DNA of 32,461 bases, from contig NIVC01003810.1 in NCBI GenBank assembly GCA_002269645.1, positions 1-32,461 on the forward strand, in the 5' to 3' direction. The notes below the pieces were generated by a model. That model was not told where the DNA came from and searched no databases. It saw only the letters and a program-made list of their open reading frames with translations. A program made the position numbers and the translations under genes. The stretch is from Macrostomum lignano. Its lineage: Eukaryota. This document shows positions 10,804 through 21,864 of the stretch, piece by piece (the stretch's first letter is position 1; each line of letters starts with the position of its first letter).

Positions 10804-11197
10804 TTCGAATAGCCAAAACAATGAACAGGCGGAAGGGCGAAAAGGTTGTGGTCTCTGCGGAGAACAGCACGGAGTTTGGAGCTGCCCAAGGTTTCAACGA
10901 ATGGAACCTGGAGCCAGATGGGCGATGGTCCGTGACAAGCGCCTGTGCTTTTGCTGCTTGGGAGCAAACCATCTAGCCGGTGCGTGCAAGCGAGCGAGAG
11001 TGTGTGGTGTTGAGGGCTGCAAAGCAAACCATAATCGGCTGCTGCATCAACGAGGGCCGGCGGCGACAACGGCAAATCCGCATGAAGGGGGTCGCCCAAA
11101 ACGATCGAAAGACCAAAGTCCTTCCAGGAGAAGAAGAGCGCAGTTCAAGAGCCGCAAGAAGCATGCACCCTACTGGCCAGAACACCGTCGTCAATAG
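10790..11197 (+). pseudogene. BEL/Pao gag zinc-knuckle region (frameshifted relative to both neighbours)
   Basis: CGLCGEQHGVWSC, CFCCLGANHLAGAC and CGVEGCKANHNRLLH, the triple Cys/His array typical of BEL gag. Confidence 0.9.
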
Positions 11198-14100
11198 CGC
11201 TGAGGACTGTGCCAGTGATTTTATCTAACGGCGGTCGGGAAGTCCGAGTGAATGTCTTGCTGGACGACGCTAGCACCCGGTCGTACCTGAATTCTGACGT
11301 TGCAGCGGAACTCGGCTTGAAGGGCAACCTCGAACCGATGACGGTAAAGGTTCTGAACGGCCAGGTGAGCACCTTTCAGACGGTTCCAGTCGAGGTCGAC
11401 ATCCGCAGTCTGGACGGCGCCTTTCGTGCCACAGTTACGGCCCACACAACCGAGAAAGTGACCGGTGGGATGGAAGCCGTAGATTGGAGCCAGCTTGCAA
11501 AGCGTTGGGCTCATTTAAGGGGCGTGCCGTTCGAAAAAATTGAAGGGAAGCAGACTGTGGATATGCTCATCGGTGTGGACAATGCAGACTTGCACTTTGC
11601 CTGTCGCCAAGTAGGTGGGCAACCTGGAGAGCCGATTGCCAGACTGACGCCAATTGGGTGGACCTGCGTTGGACCAGTGAATCAAGCAGGAACTGCGGAA
11701 GGGCAGCAGCAGACATTCTTTACGGTGACGGCGGAGAACGAGGCATCTGATATTCTGCGGAAGATGTGGGAGATCGATGAAGTGCCAGACGGAGGACAGC
11801 CGGCCAGAATGTCCGCTGAAGATCAAAAGATCGTAGAAGCGACACGAGCATCCTTGAAGATGGAGAACGGCATGTTTCAAGTGGCGATTCCTTGGAAAAA
11901 GAATCCGGAGGAACTGCCTATGAACAACGAAGCCGCCCTACAGCGTCTCGTCAGCACAGAAACGCGCTTGCTGAAGAACCCGGAGCTAGCGAAGGCGTAC
12001 CAGGCTGTGATAGACAAGCATCGGGCAAAAGGCTATGTGCGGGAGGTCGGCATCAGCGAACCAAGTCAGGCTGGCCAGTGGTTCTTGCCGCATTTCGCGA
12101 TAGTGCGGGCCGATAAGGAGACGACCAAGGTTCGAATTGTGTTTGATGCAGCGGCTCGGTGCAATGGGGTCTGCCTAAATGACACCATTCATACGGGACC
12201 GAAGTTGCAGCAGGATCTGCTAAAGGTGCTCCTACGGTTCCGGAAGTATCCCGTGGCGCTAGCAGCCGACATCGAGGAAATGTATCTGAGAGTTCGAATT
12301 GCGCCGGAGGACAGAAGATTTTTCCGATTTCTGTGGCGAGACTTAGACTTGCAGCAACCGCCGAAGAGCTATGAGTTCTGCAGTGTGGTATTTGGCGTAA
12401 ACTGCTCTCCATTTCTGGCTCAGTTTGTGGCACAGGAGAATGCGCGACACTATCAGCAACAGCTGCCGCTGGCGGCCAACACCGTGCTGCATTCCACTTA
12501 TATGGACGACAGTCTAGACTCCGTAGAAACCGTTGGCCAAGCGGTGGAACTCTTCCAACAACTCGTAGAACTATGGAGCAAGGCAGGAATGCGAGCTTGC
12601 AAATGGATGTCGAATTCGCTAGAAGTGCTGCAACAAGTTCCAGTCGAGGACCGCGCAGAACGCGCCGAGTTGCTATTGAAAGGTGAGGCCCGAACCGCTA
12701 AGGCGCTTGGAGTGAATTGGAATGCGAAAGAGGACGTCCTAGGAATTTCCATCAGCGAGTCGAATGCTAGCGGCAAGATGATGACAAAGAGACTGCTTTT
12801 GCGCCGTGTGGCCGAGGTGTTTGACCCCTGTGGCTTCCTAGCTCCGGTAGTTATCACAGGAAAGAGAATGCTGCAGTTGGCATGGCAACAAGGTGTTGGG
12901 TGGGATGAAGCGTTGGATCCTGAGTTGGCTGATTAAGCGTTTCGGTGGACCAGTGAGCTCTCCAAAGCTACGAGACTAGCCGTGCCTCGGTGTCTGCGTC
13001 CGGACAACGGATCCATCGAACTTCACTCGTTTGTAGACGCATCGCAAGAGGCCTACGGAGCCGTCGTATATCTACGGAGCGAAACGATGAGTAAGACGAC
13101 GGTCCGTTTCGTTGCTGCAAAGGCTAAGGTAGCCCCATTGATGGCGGTGAGCATCCCTCGACTGGAGTTGATGGCGGCAGTCCTAGGACTTCGGCTCGCA
13201 AGGGCAGTGGCCGAGGCGTTGGAGATCGCGATTGAGTCTGTGGTGCTTTGGAGTGACAGTCACAATGTACTTTGGTGGATCCGCAGGCAGAGTAGAGCGT
13301 TCAAGCCTTTCGTTGCAAACCGAGTCGGCTTCATCGAGCAGCAAGTGCAGCCAAATCAATGGCGGTACGTTCCAACAGGTCTGAATCCAGCGGATGTGGC
13401 ATCCCGTGGCTGCAGTGTGCAAGAGCTGATGGACAACGAGCTGTGGTGGAACGGCCCTGGATTCTTGGCGATGTGCTCAAACGATTGGCCAGAAATGCCG
13501 ATTCCAGTTGCGCCAGAAACGACTGAGGCGAATACCCGTCGAAGAGAGCTAGCAAGCATCCAGAAGCGTAGTGCAGAGCCCGTATGTCTGGTCACCACCG
13601 ATGAAGAAGACAAGACAGACTGGCGACTCAAGCCAGAGCAATTCTCTAGCTTCCATCGACTGCAGCGCGTCTTCGCTTGGGTGTTGCGGTACATTCGGAA
13701 CTGTCAGAAGGAGAAGTATCAGCGGAGCGGCGGTGAGCTGTTAGTGGATGAGCTCGAGGAGGTCGAGGAGCGTTTAGTAAGGCTAGCTCAGGAGGAAGCG
13801 TTCAAGACGGATGCAGTGAGCGAGAAGAAGCTGCGATGCTTGCAGCCGGTACGTGATGCATCAGGAGTCCTACGAGTGGATGGCCGGTTGAAATTCAGGC
13901 CACAGGCGCCATTTGCAGCAAGACATCCAGCTATATTATTGCCGCGGAAGCATTGGATCACCAAACTGATCATCAAACAATATCACGAGCAGCAGAGCCA
14001 CGGTGGGACTAACCACGGTGGGACGGTGGGACTAACTCTGGCGGCGCTGTCAGCCAAGTATTGGGTTATCTGTGCTCGGGAAGCTATTCGCGAGTGGGAG

Positions 14101-15095
14101 GTTGAATGTGCTGTGTGCAAAAGAGAGAAAGCTCGTCCCATTGTGCAACAGATGGCGCCACTGCCTGATGCCCGTGTCGCAGGATCCTTAAAAGCCTTGA
14201 CGAACGTAGCCGTCGACATGGGAGGGCCGTTCGTCACTATTTAAGGCCGATTCAAGAAGAGGCAGAAACGCTATTTGGCGCTGTTCACATGCCTCGAGAC
14301 GCGAGCGGTACACCTCGAGATGACCTACAGCCTTGACGCGGACTCTTTCTTGAACGCCTTCTACCGAATGGTGAACAGGCGTGGCTTACCCAAGGCTATG
14401 TATTCTGACAACGGTGGCAACTTTGTAAAAGGTGCAGATGAGCTGCGACTTCTGGAGGAGCTGGACAGGACAAGGATCAGTCGCGAGACATCCAAGCAGC
14501 GAGTCAAGTGGAACTTCCAGCCGCCAGCCGCCACGCACTTTGGTGGAGCGCACGAGGTGATGATTCGGGCTGCGAAGCGAGCGCTACACGCGATTCTGGG
14601 CAGCGCAGATGTCACCGACGAGGAACTTCAGTCAGCGATCACTGGAGCGGAGGCTCTTATCAACTCGCGCCCCATCACCTACCAATCGGCGAATCCGAGA
14701 GACGAAGAGCCACTGACGCCAAACCACTTCCTGCACGGTCAAGCTGGTGGACAATTCGCGCCGGATGTGCCCGACGACGTCGCGGCTGACCCGAGGCGGC
14801 GGTGGCGGCGCGTCCAAGAACTCGTGAGGCACGTCTGGCGACGCTGGATGCGCGAATGGCTGCCAGGGTTGCAGCCGAGAGCCAAGTGGGCGGGACCACA
14901 GCGTGATTTACAGCCAGGTGATCATCAAAGCATCAATCAGTCGTCATCAAAGCAGACTCACCGCGTGGATACTGGCCGTTGGGACGAGTAGTCGAAGTCT
15001 ACCCGGGTCCAGACAATCGAGTCTGGGTGGCCAAGGTCCAGGTCGGTGGGACGGTATTCGTGCGGCCTGTGAGCAAACTGTGCTATCTCGAGTGA
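11197..15095 (+). pseudogene. BEL/Pao pol: aspartic protease, RT, RNase H, integrase; two premature TAA (12934, 14242) and a frameshift near 14923
   Basis: IALRTVPV...VLLDDASTRSY (PR); KVRIVFDA, ADIEEMY, YMDD (RT); HSFVDASQEAYGAVVY (RNase H); H-H-C-C and DMGGP...SDNGGNF...E (IN); C-terminus ...[10 protein letters not shown]. Confidence 0.95.
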
Positions 15096-15693
15096 GAGGA
15101 GTTGATTATTTGCTTAAGAATTGTTTGTTTTCTTTTCCGGACTTTTCTGAGTTTACGTTGAGTTTTCAAATTGTTTGTACTGTATCGTGTGCGTTCAGTA
15201 GGCTTTCTGCCAGTTTTGGGCTTTTCAAGCCGTTGCCTTTTTTGATTGTTGGTTTGTGTCTGTTTTTGTTTCTGGTTTTTGAAATCAGATTTTTTCATTT
15301 CGAGCGCAGTTGGCGCATTTTTTTCCTTTGAGTTTGAGCTGTTTGAAGTTTCTGTTAAGTTATGGTGATGGGTTTTTTCAGTCAACCGTTTTCGACTTTA
15401 TTAAAATTGCGAGTTAAAGCTGAGTTGCAATTTTTTAATATTTTTTAATGTTCAGTAGTAACTAATTTCAGTTTGCGGTCTTGCGCATTTTCATTCATTT
15501 CATTCGCGAGTCTTGGTGGCGGGTGGCGAAGCATTTCTTTTTTAGTTTGGCTTTTGAGCTCTTTTGAGCCCTCACGCTTCTCGTGCTGTTCCCAGGCGTT
15601 GTATGTTTTTTTGCTATGGTCCTAGTTTGTCCGTTCGGTTACTAGGTACTCAAGCTCAGTGTTTCCGGTCTTTGTTGCTGACATTGCTCTGTC

Positions 15694-15706
15694 AGGAAGG
15701 GGGGGG
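15694..15706 (+). promoter_or_regulatory. Polypurine tract
   Basis: AGGAAGGGGGGGG directly before the 3' LTR TG. Confidence 0.9.
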
Positions 15707-16012
15707 TGTTGGCAAGAGAAGGTACATTTATTTATTTCTGATTTAAGATATTTATATATTATTTAGTTTTTGTTTCTGTGTACATTGAAGTCCAACCCCC
15801 CTCTCTGAATCATGTAGCTCGGACGTGCGCTCAGCACCCAGCCCCTTTTACGTAAGTGCTAGTGCTAATATATATTTGCAGTCTCAGTCGCTCGAGAGTG
15901 TGCAACTGCGGTTTTTTTGTTAGTTAAAATTTGCATTGGGCTGCGGCCCTTAAAGTCGATTCATTTCTGTGAAGACTGGTTTTTTGCATGACTCGACAAG
16001 AGCGCAAGATCA
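15707..16012 (+). repeat. BEL/Pao 3' LTR
   Basis: Copy of 8911-9216, followed by the TSD CATAAC. Confidence 0.97.
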
Positions 16013-16944
16013 CATAACTGCAACGCGGTTACGGAACGGCCCGTTCTATAAAGCCATCGTAAGATAAGATCATTCTTAGCTCCTATCTCCGCAGTGTAAA
16101 GTTCCGACGTACGATCCAGCTTACGCTAACGCGACAGCTTTATACGAGCGTTGTATACGACCCCACAGTGTGAAATTATGGGTTCTGAGACGAGACAAAT
16201 GTTTGCATTAGGAAGTTGGAAAAACACGCAAAACCCTTGTGCGCGTTGTTGTAGTTTTTATTTAAATTGAATTCTTCGAGTCAGCATAAATTACGAGTAT
16301 AATAGACAGAGATTAGGGGCGCTGGGTGCCGAGAGTGAGAGAGAGTCAATTTGAGAAGTAAATTAATTTGGATAACTCCCATCCCCGATGCTGGGGTGGC
16401 AAGGGTGCACTTGAACTAAAATCAACAATAATATTCCGAGAGAACTATTGAGTGGCAAATAACCATAGGTAATTGATAAATTAATGACTAATTAAACAAG
16501 TTTAAACCACGAGCTCTAGGAATTATTGAAGCTTGCCTATATGTACATCAAATTAATTAGGCCTAGTTTGAATGAATTCAGCTTGCTAGCGGTGGGGGGA
16601 CACCAACTCAGAGTGCTGTGAGTTGGCTCTGCTGTAGTGGTGACTTTCTCTCTCTGTATTATATGGTACTCGTACCCTTATTAATCGACCGGACCGGACT
16701 GAACTGATATATCATTCTGTTTACCCTGTTTCTGCTTTGCTTTTAAATATTTGCTGTGATTATTATGGCATGCTCTGAATATGACGGTTTGCGTCGAAAC
16801 CCGTTAGCTTTAAAAGCGTTTGTTTTTTAACGTTTCGTCTTAAATTCAAGTGAGAGTATTCAACGCTTGTAGAAGCTGAGCAAAAGCAATTTACGATCAC
16901 AATTCCACCAATAAAAATTCGCTGAAGTATATTAGAAAGCGAAA

Positions 16945-17586
16945 TCACTGCACTGGCAGACGCAGGGCAATCCTGGCTCGCAACACCCTGGCAATCAGCT
17001 GCTCCTTGTAGAGCAGCATGGCTGGATCCCGCACGGACTTTTTCTCCAGACCCCGGCCCCAGCTGCGGTAGTGGTGCAGTCCTGCTGTTTCGAATTTAAC
17101 GTATTCGGTGCTTCTCCCATTAAAATAGCGCCACACATTGTGCACCCCCAGAATGCGGACATGATGGGGCTGGGCGATCATCTTCGACCTGGATATCGGC
17201 GAATAGATCTCGGCCTCGCGGCGCAGCTTGAGTAGAGCGCTCAGCTTCAGACCAGTGATGGTGGCATTACGCGAGACCTCGGGATCGCTGGCCCATTCAA
17301 GCCGAAAGAATGCGTTCTTAAATGCCAGACCACCGATGCTACCGTCCGACATGAAAGCTCGGGTCAGGTCCCGCCAGCTGCGAAACCCCTCTCCTCTCGG
17401 CACAATCACTTCGTCCATGTCGGTGAAAACCGCGAACTCGTACTGAGCCGCAGCGCGCATCAGACAGTCCTGCAGCATCGCGCACTGGCCGAAATACTTC
17501 AATTCTACAACGTAGCCGGGAGGCTGCGGGTCGACGTCTACATTCAATGGCGGTTGGAAGGGAAGGACGGTGACGTCACTGGCGAA
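16945..17586 (-). CDS. Glycosyltransferase family 92 (DUF23) copy 1, exon 4 (catalytic C-terminal part)
   Basis: Acceptor CTGCAG|TTC, phase 0. It translates as FASDVTVLPF...YFGQCAMLQDCL...AVFTDMDEVIVP (DxD)...RSKMI...VHNV...LHHYR...*, which are GT92-type motifs. Confidence 0.85.
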   Translation of the reverse strand, partial: FASDVTVLPFQPPLNVDVDPQPPGYVVELKYFGQCAMLQDCLMRAAAQYEFAVFTDMDEVIVPRGEGFRSWRDLTRAFMSDGSIGGLAFKNAFFRLEWASDPEVSRNATITGLKLSALLKLRREAEIYSPISRSKMIAQPHHVRILGVHNVWRYFNGRSTEYVKFETAGLHHYRSWGRGLEKKSVRDPAMLLYKEQLIARVLRARIALRLPVQ

Positions 17587-18042
17587 CTGCAGGTGCGAAT
17601 AGGAGAGATATGAGTATGAGGCTGGTGTAAGTGAAGATATATTATTAAAAAGGTGAGTAAACAAATAGAAACATTATTTTTGAGGAGTCAGAATCACAGA
17701 TACAAGTACATAAGTGCTTGTCCCATCGTTAGGGCGCCGGATTCAGGTTCTGGCACCCAGGAGACAGCCGCCAAGCCGCCGGCATGACAAATCATCAGCG
17801 CGGTAGGTTTTATAACAACGTATACATACATTTACACATTAAAATCACCAAGGGTCGAAAAGAATTGATACATACTAAGAACTGGAGGAAGGCTCACAAC
17901 GCTAAAATCAAGAAATGGTCAGTTGGACAAGTCTAGGTGGATGATGTTTGTACGCACATCTAATAGGATGATGCTTTTTTCATAAACTATACACCAGAAA
18001 GTATATACTTGAGAAGCACAACCAGGGTTTAAGGCCACTCAC

Positions 18043-18271
18043 GTGCTTATTCGAAAGCAGCTCGGTCACTCGCCTGCTCGTTGAGTGCTTGTACACAAAG
18101 AAATGGTCGGCACCGAAAAGGCGGTTCAGTTCCAGCGTCTGCACCAGCTCGTCCACCTTGTTGTACTTGGACTGCAGAGGTGACATGCACACAGCGAATC
18201 TGCCGTTGCGCACCGGCTCGGACGGCAGAGCAAGCACCGGGTGCACTGCGTGGGGCTGACCACAGGCCGAC
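18043..18271 (-). CDS. GT92 copy 1, exon 3
   Basis: Acceptor CCGCAG|G, donor CAC|GTGAGT. It translates as SACGQPHAVHPV...FAVCMSPL...LNRLFGADHFFVYKHS. Phases match both neighbouring exons. Confidence 0.85.
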
Positions 18272-18289
18272 CTGCGGGCAGATGCGACC

Positions 18290-18770
18290 AGTTGGGGTTC
18301 TGAGCTTCAGTTTGTATTCTGAGCTTCAGTTTGTATTCTGAGCTTCAGTTTGTATTCTGAGCTTCAGTTTGTATTCTGAGCTTCAGTTTGTATTCTGAGC
18401 TTCAGTTTGTATTCTGAGCTTCAGTTTGTATTCTGAGCTTCAGTTTGTATTCTGAGCTTCAGTTTGTATTCTGAGCTTCAGTTTGTATTCTGAGCTTCAG
18501 TTTGTATTCTGAGCTTCAGTTTGTATTCTGAGCTTCAGTTTGTATTCTGAGCTTCAGTTTGTATTCTGAGCTTCAGTTTGTATTCTGAGCTTCAGTTTGT
18601 ATTCTGAGCTTCAGTTTGTATTCTGAGCTTCAGTTTGTATTCTGAGCTTCAGTTGTATTCTGAGCTTCAGTTGGGATTCTAAGCTTCAGTTGGGATTCTG
18701 AGCTTCAGTTGGGATTCTGAGCTTCAGTTTGTATTCTGAGCTTCAGTTGGGATTCTGAGCTTCTGAGCTC
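18290..18770 (-). repeat. 19-bp satellite (AACTGAAGCTCAGAATAC/A core in gene sense; full unit AACTGAAGCTCAGAATACA), ~25 copies, at the 3' end of GT92 copy 1 intron 2
   Basis: Plus-strand unit TTCTGAGCTTCAGTTTGTA, with GGGATTC variants at one end. Confidence 0.97.
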
Positions 18771-18784
18771 CGGCTCACAAGTTT

Positions 18785-19330
18785 ATCAACGCGTGCCGTG
18801 AGCTATCAGACTCGGGTTCTCAGGCTCTCCATTCAAAGTCAACGCCTTTGTCAATTGAGTCCAGATTCTCATCGCCTTACCATCACCAAAGCAATGGAAG
18901 GACTGAATCTGCAGTTAAGTCTGCCAAAAAAAGAATATCAGTTGATCCTGGGACTATCGAAATATGACATAGACAGGAAAAGATGGCAAAAGGCATACTG
19001 TTCCCTTCATCATTCTGTATGGACATCCGATGATGGAGGAATTCCCTCCCTGTTCATTGACGAAGCTGTAACCCCCAATGGCACAGCACAATTCAGCAGA
19101 TTGAGCAGACCGCATCTGAAATTCACAAGACAGTGAGTGATGCAGCAGTGCCACAAGTCTAAGAAGAGTCTCGACCGAATCCGAATCGGCTCGATTGTGG
19201 TTCTACACGACCCGAAAAGTAAGCTGTGGCAGCGGAGGAGTGTGATGGCGGAGGTAGGCAAACACGGACTCCTTGATCAAGCTAGCTTGTGGTTGAAAAC
19301 TACGAGAAATGGTATCTACGTCGGGCCAAC
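18785..19330 (+). mobile_element. Decayed Ty3/gypsy integrase C-terminal fragment
   Basis: HHQSNGRTESAVKSAKK (18881; SNG-E-AVK catalytic Glu motif), then RIGSIVVLHDPKSKLWQ..V.AEV (GPY/F-like module), with frameshifts. Confidence 0.65.
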
Positions 19331-19723
19331 ACTGCCTTGGAGCGCCGATGATCTGCACCAGGCGACTAGGAAGCTGGTGGATCTAGAATGTACCAAGACG
19401 GACAACGAGAGACCTGAGGATCAGAGGTCTCGCGTTAGTGCCAGGTCCACAAAACATCCCGCCAGTTCGGTTTCAGTGCATCCGATTGGGGCAGTCGAGA
19501 GCTCAGTGTCAACAGAGAAGAGATCTGATGCTCATTTGATGGGTCTGCTTGTGGAAAGGCAATTTTTGCAGCTTCCAAAACTTTACATATCTTGTACAAC
19601 AGAATAACCAAATATATATATATTTGTTCTAAAGGCAAAAACTAATTTTGCTACTGAAGAAAGAATTGATGAAATCATTTTTTCAAGTAACCTATCCGTT
19701 TATTCCAGTATCTGTGTACTCAC

Positions 19724-20042
19724 CTAGCAAAGGACACGCCATACGGTACCTCCCGATCTCTGGCCGGATTAATGCAGCTGATGACCACAGAGTCGTAGGG
19801 CCAGGCGTGCCCCCAGGCACAATCTCCGCAGTGGCTGGCACGGCCACCATCGCCGACCGCTGATACCACGCCGATGTATCTCGTCGATACCACAGTTGGC
19901 AAAGCTGGCCGTCTACCCGGCCACCCAAGGCGATGCCGACCACTCGGACAACAGGCCGTCTGGAGCTGTCTCTTCGGTCATAGAAGGCCGAGTAGGTAAA
20001 CAAACTTCTGTCCGCGGGATTGCTGCTCAGAAACTGATGCTC
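19724..20042 (-). CDS. GT92 copy 1, exon 2 (contains an apparent 1-nt deletion near 19810-19814)
   Basis: Acceptor ATACAG|GAG, donor AG|GTGAGT. It reads EHQF..TYSAFYDRR..VVRVVG..LCQLWY, and after a frame change YDSVVISCINP..EVPYGVSFAR. It aligns with the intact paralogous exon at 24641-24942. Confidence 0.8.
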
Positions 20043-20156
20043 CTGTATTGGACAAAGGAGCATCATATTTCCTTTAAGATGAAATGCTTGCCTGCCTTGA
20101 CATTCACTGACCTTTCAAAGTTAGCCATGTAAATACGCGGGTTGTTGTCTACCTTT

Positions 20157-20470
20157 AGAGGGGTTGTAGCCTAGAGGTTAGGGCATCGGACTCACGACTG
20201 AAAGGTCGAGGGTTCGATTCTCGACCTACTCGGAACAATTTGTGTCCTTCAGCAAGGCACTTAACTCTGCATTGCTTCAGTTCACCCAGCTGTAAAATGG
20301 GTGCCAGCATTAGCTGGGGTAATTGAGGGTGTGTGTGGCGACCCCCCAGTCCTTGGACTGAACAGCCGTACGCAGCATTCAGATGCGCCGCGCAATAGCT
20401 GCGGCTGAGCTGTCGGTTGCACATCTGGCCATTAAGTCAGGTGCAATCAATTATTAATTATTATATTTAT
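20157..20470 (+). mobile_element. tRNA-derived SINE with CORE-like central domain
   Basis: A box TAGCCTAGAGG (~20167) and B box GGTTCGATTC (20211). These are followed by TGTGTCCTTCAGCAAGGCACTTAAC...CTTCAGTT...CTGTAAAATGGG (20241-20301), closely resembling the MIR CORE consensus as I recall it, and an AT-rich tail. Confidence 0.8.
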
Positions 20471-21489
20471 TGCCGAAACAAAGTTCCAACAGCTGAAAAC
20501 GTTACCTGAAAATATTCTAATTTGAGGCTCCGACTCGTTCCAGAGTTATTCGCAGGTGAATATAAACAGAGAGTTATGCAGAATGGTTAGTTAACTCAGA
20601 ACTACGAGCGAACGTCTGCTTACGAGCGTATCAGCTCCTCATGCAGTTGAAAGTAGGGCAAAAGCTGGGCTACCTGTTTACGTACGGGGGAGGACGAGCG
20701 ATCCCGGATACACCCGCACCGATCAAGGACTCCAGTGTCACGACCAGAGAGTAATAAGACACTGTAACGTTATACACCCATGGGTTGCGTGTACGTTAAG
20801 GGAAGTTGTCGCAAATGGATATAAAATAAACACGCGTTTTTTCGAGGGGAGGAGTGGATCATGAGCAGGGAGTATGCGCGTAGGACACAGTGTACGCTGT
20901 ACTAAAATATCCAACTGCTTCTGGCATATCGCACGTACTTGCCGGCAATTGTCCTATTAGCTCACAAGCCCACACCAGCGCAGCGCTGATGCGGATTCAA
21001 ATATTCCGCTTTGATCGCAACACCATTTGCCTGCCGCCCCGGGGGAAGCGAAGAAGCGCTCTGGAGTCCTCGGAGAATCGCAATGCCAGTTTAAGGGCGT
21101 GGATCGATCGCCACGGTAAATTCCACCAGAGCTGAAGCTACATGGGGACGTAAAAAGTAACTCTGGCTGTAACACTATACTGAAATAGCGAAAGTTCCAG
21201 TTTTCGCGATACTTCTGAACATGTTTGCAATTTCCGTACTCTCCAAGCCAGATTTTCTGATATTTATTACGGACTTATTTTTGTTAGGCCACAAATTCTT
21301 GAACACGGCTTTTACCTGACATGACTTCGACAGTCGTTTTGAAGTGATGTATATTTCTCAGAAGCTTTTTAGCAAAAATAGCGATTTGCTGAATTTATGT
21401 CAGCTTTTAAAGTCATACCATGTCTCAGCCAAAATTTCAAACCCCAGCGCGTGTGATTCAAAAATTATTTTAAAGGGTAAAAAAATTAC

Positions 21490-21723
21490 CTGGCCAAAGG
21501 CAGGAGAATGCGATGCATTTGTGCGACACCAATGCACACGACGAGCCTCATGCGTCTCAGCCATGGTCACGTGACTAACGTCCGCTAAAGAGTCGCTAGC
21601 CTTGTTCAGTGGTCTGATGAAGCGCAGACCCGCTATTAAAATCATTAATACTGCGAAACACAGAAGGCAGTGACGCCCGGAGTTGCCAATCGAGTGTCGG
21701 CCCAGCCTGATTGAGAAGAGCAT
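21490..21723 (-). CDS. GT92 copy 1, exon 1 (type II membrane anchor)
   Basis: ATG at 21723; hydrophobic CLLCFAVLMILIAGL segment; 78 codons ending GGCCAG|GTAATT; phase 0 joins exon 2. Confidence 0.75.
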
Positions 21724-21864
21724 TTCTGCCGATTAGGAATTCCAAACAGCTGATAGCGATGCTTGATTCTGCCGTGGCTCTCTGCGAAATCTGTTGAGCA
21801 CCAGCTGTGATGCTGTGTGCTAGCCTCTCTCTGGTGTGCTGGGTTTGGTCAGAATAGCCACTAA

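Larger units (their letters stand above)
8911..16012 (+). mobile_element. Full-length BEL/Pao LTR retrotransposon, coding region disrupted
   Basis: Two 306-bp TG...CA LTRs (8911-9216 and 15707-16012) differ by 3 substitutions. A 6-bp TSD CATAAC lies at 8905-8910 and 16013-16018. PBS, PPT and a gag-Zn knuckles-PR-RT-RNaseH-IN order with BEL-type motifs are all present. Confidence 0.97.

Noticed and set aside
9259-15095. Idea that the BEL copy was mobilised in trans because it has ~5 disabling lesions but ~99% identical LTRs
   Set aside because: 3/306 LTR differences imply roughly 0.5% change per copy, about 30 substitutions over 5.8 kb. One or two nonsense changes and a few indels are compatible with simple post-insertion decay.
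14903-15385. Hydrophobic ORF 14903-15331 (env-like?) and basic antisense ORF 15083-15385
   Set aside because: The F/L-rich and K/N/Q-rich compositions follow directly from the T-rich tract; there is no signal peptide or fusion-protein motif.
20157-20235. tRNA gene
   Set aside because: No proper acceptor stem or terminator; it continues into a CORE-like domain, so it is a SINE head. The tRNA-Leu-like 20-mer at 25085-25104 is likewise read as a PBS.
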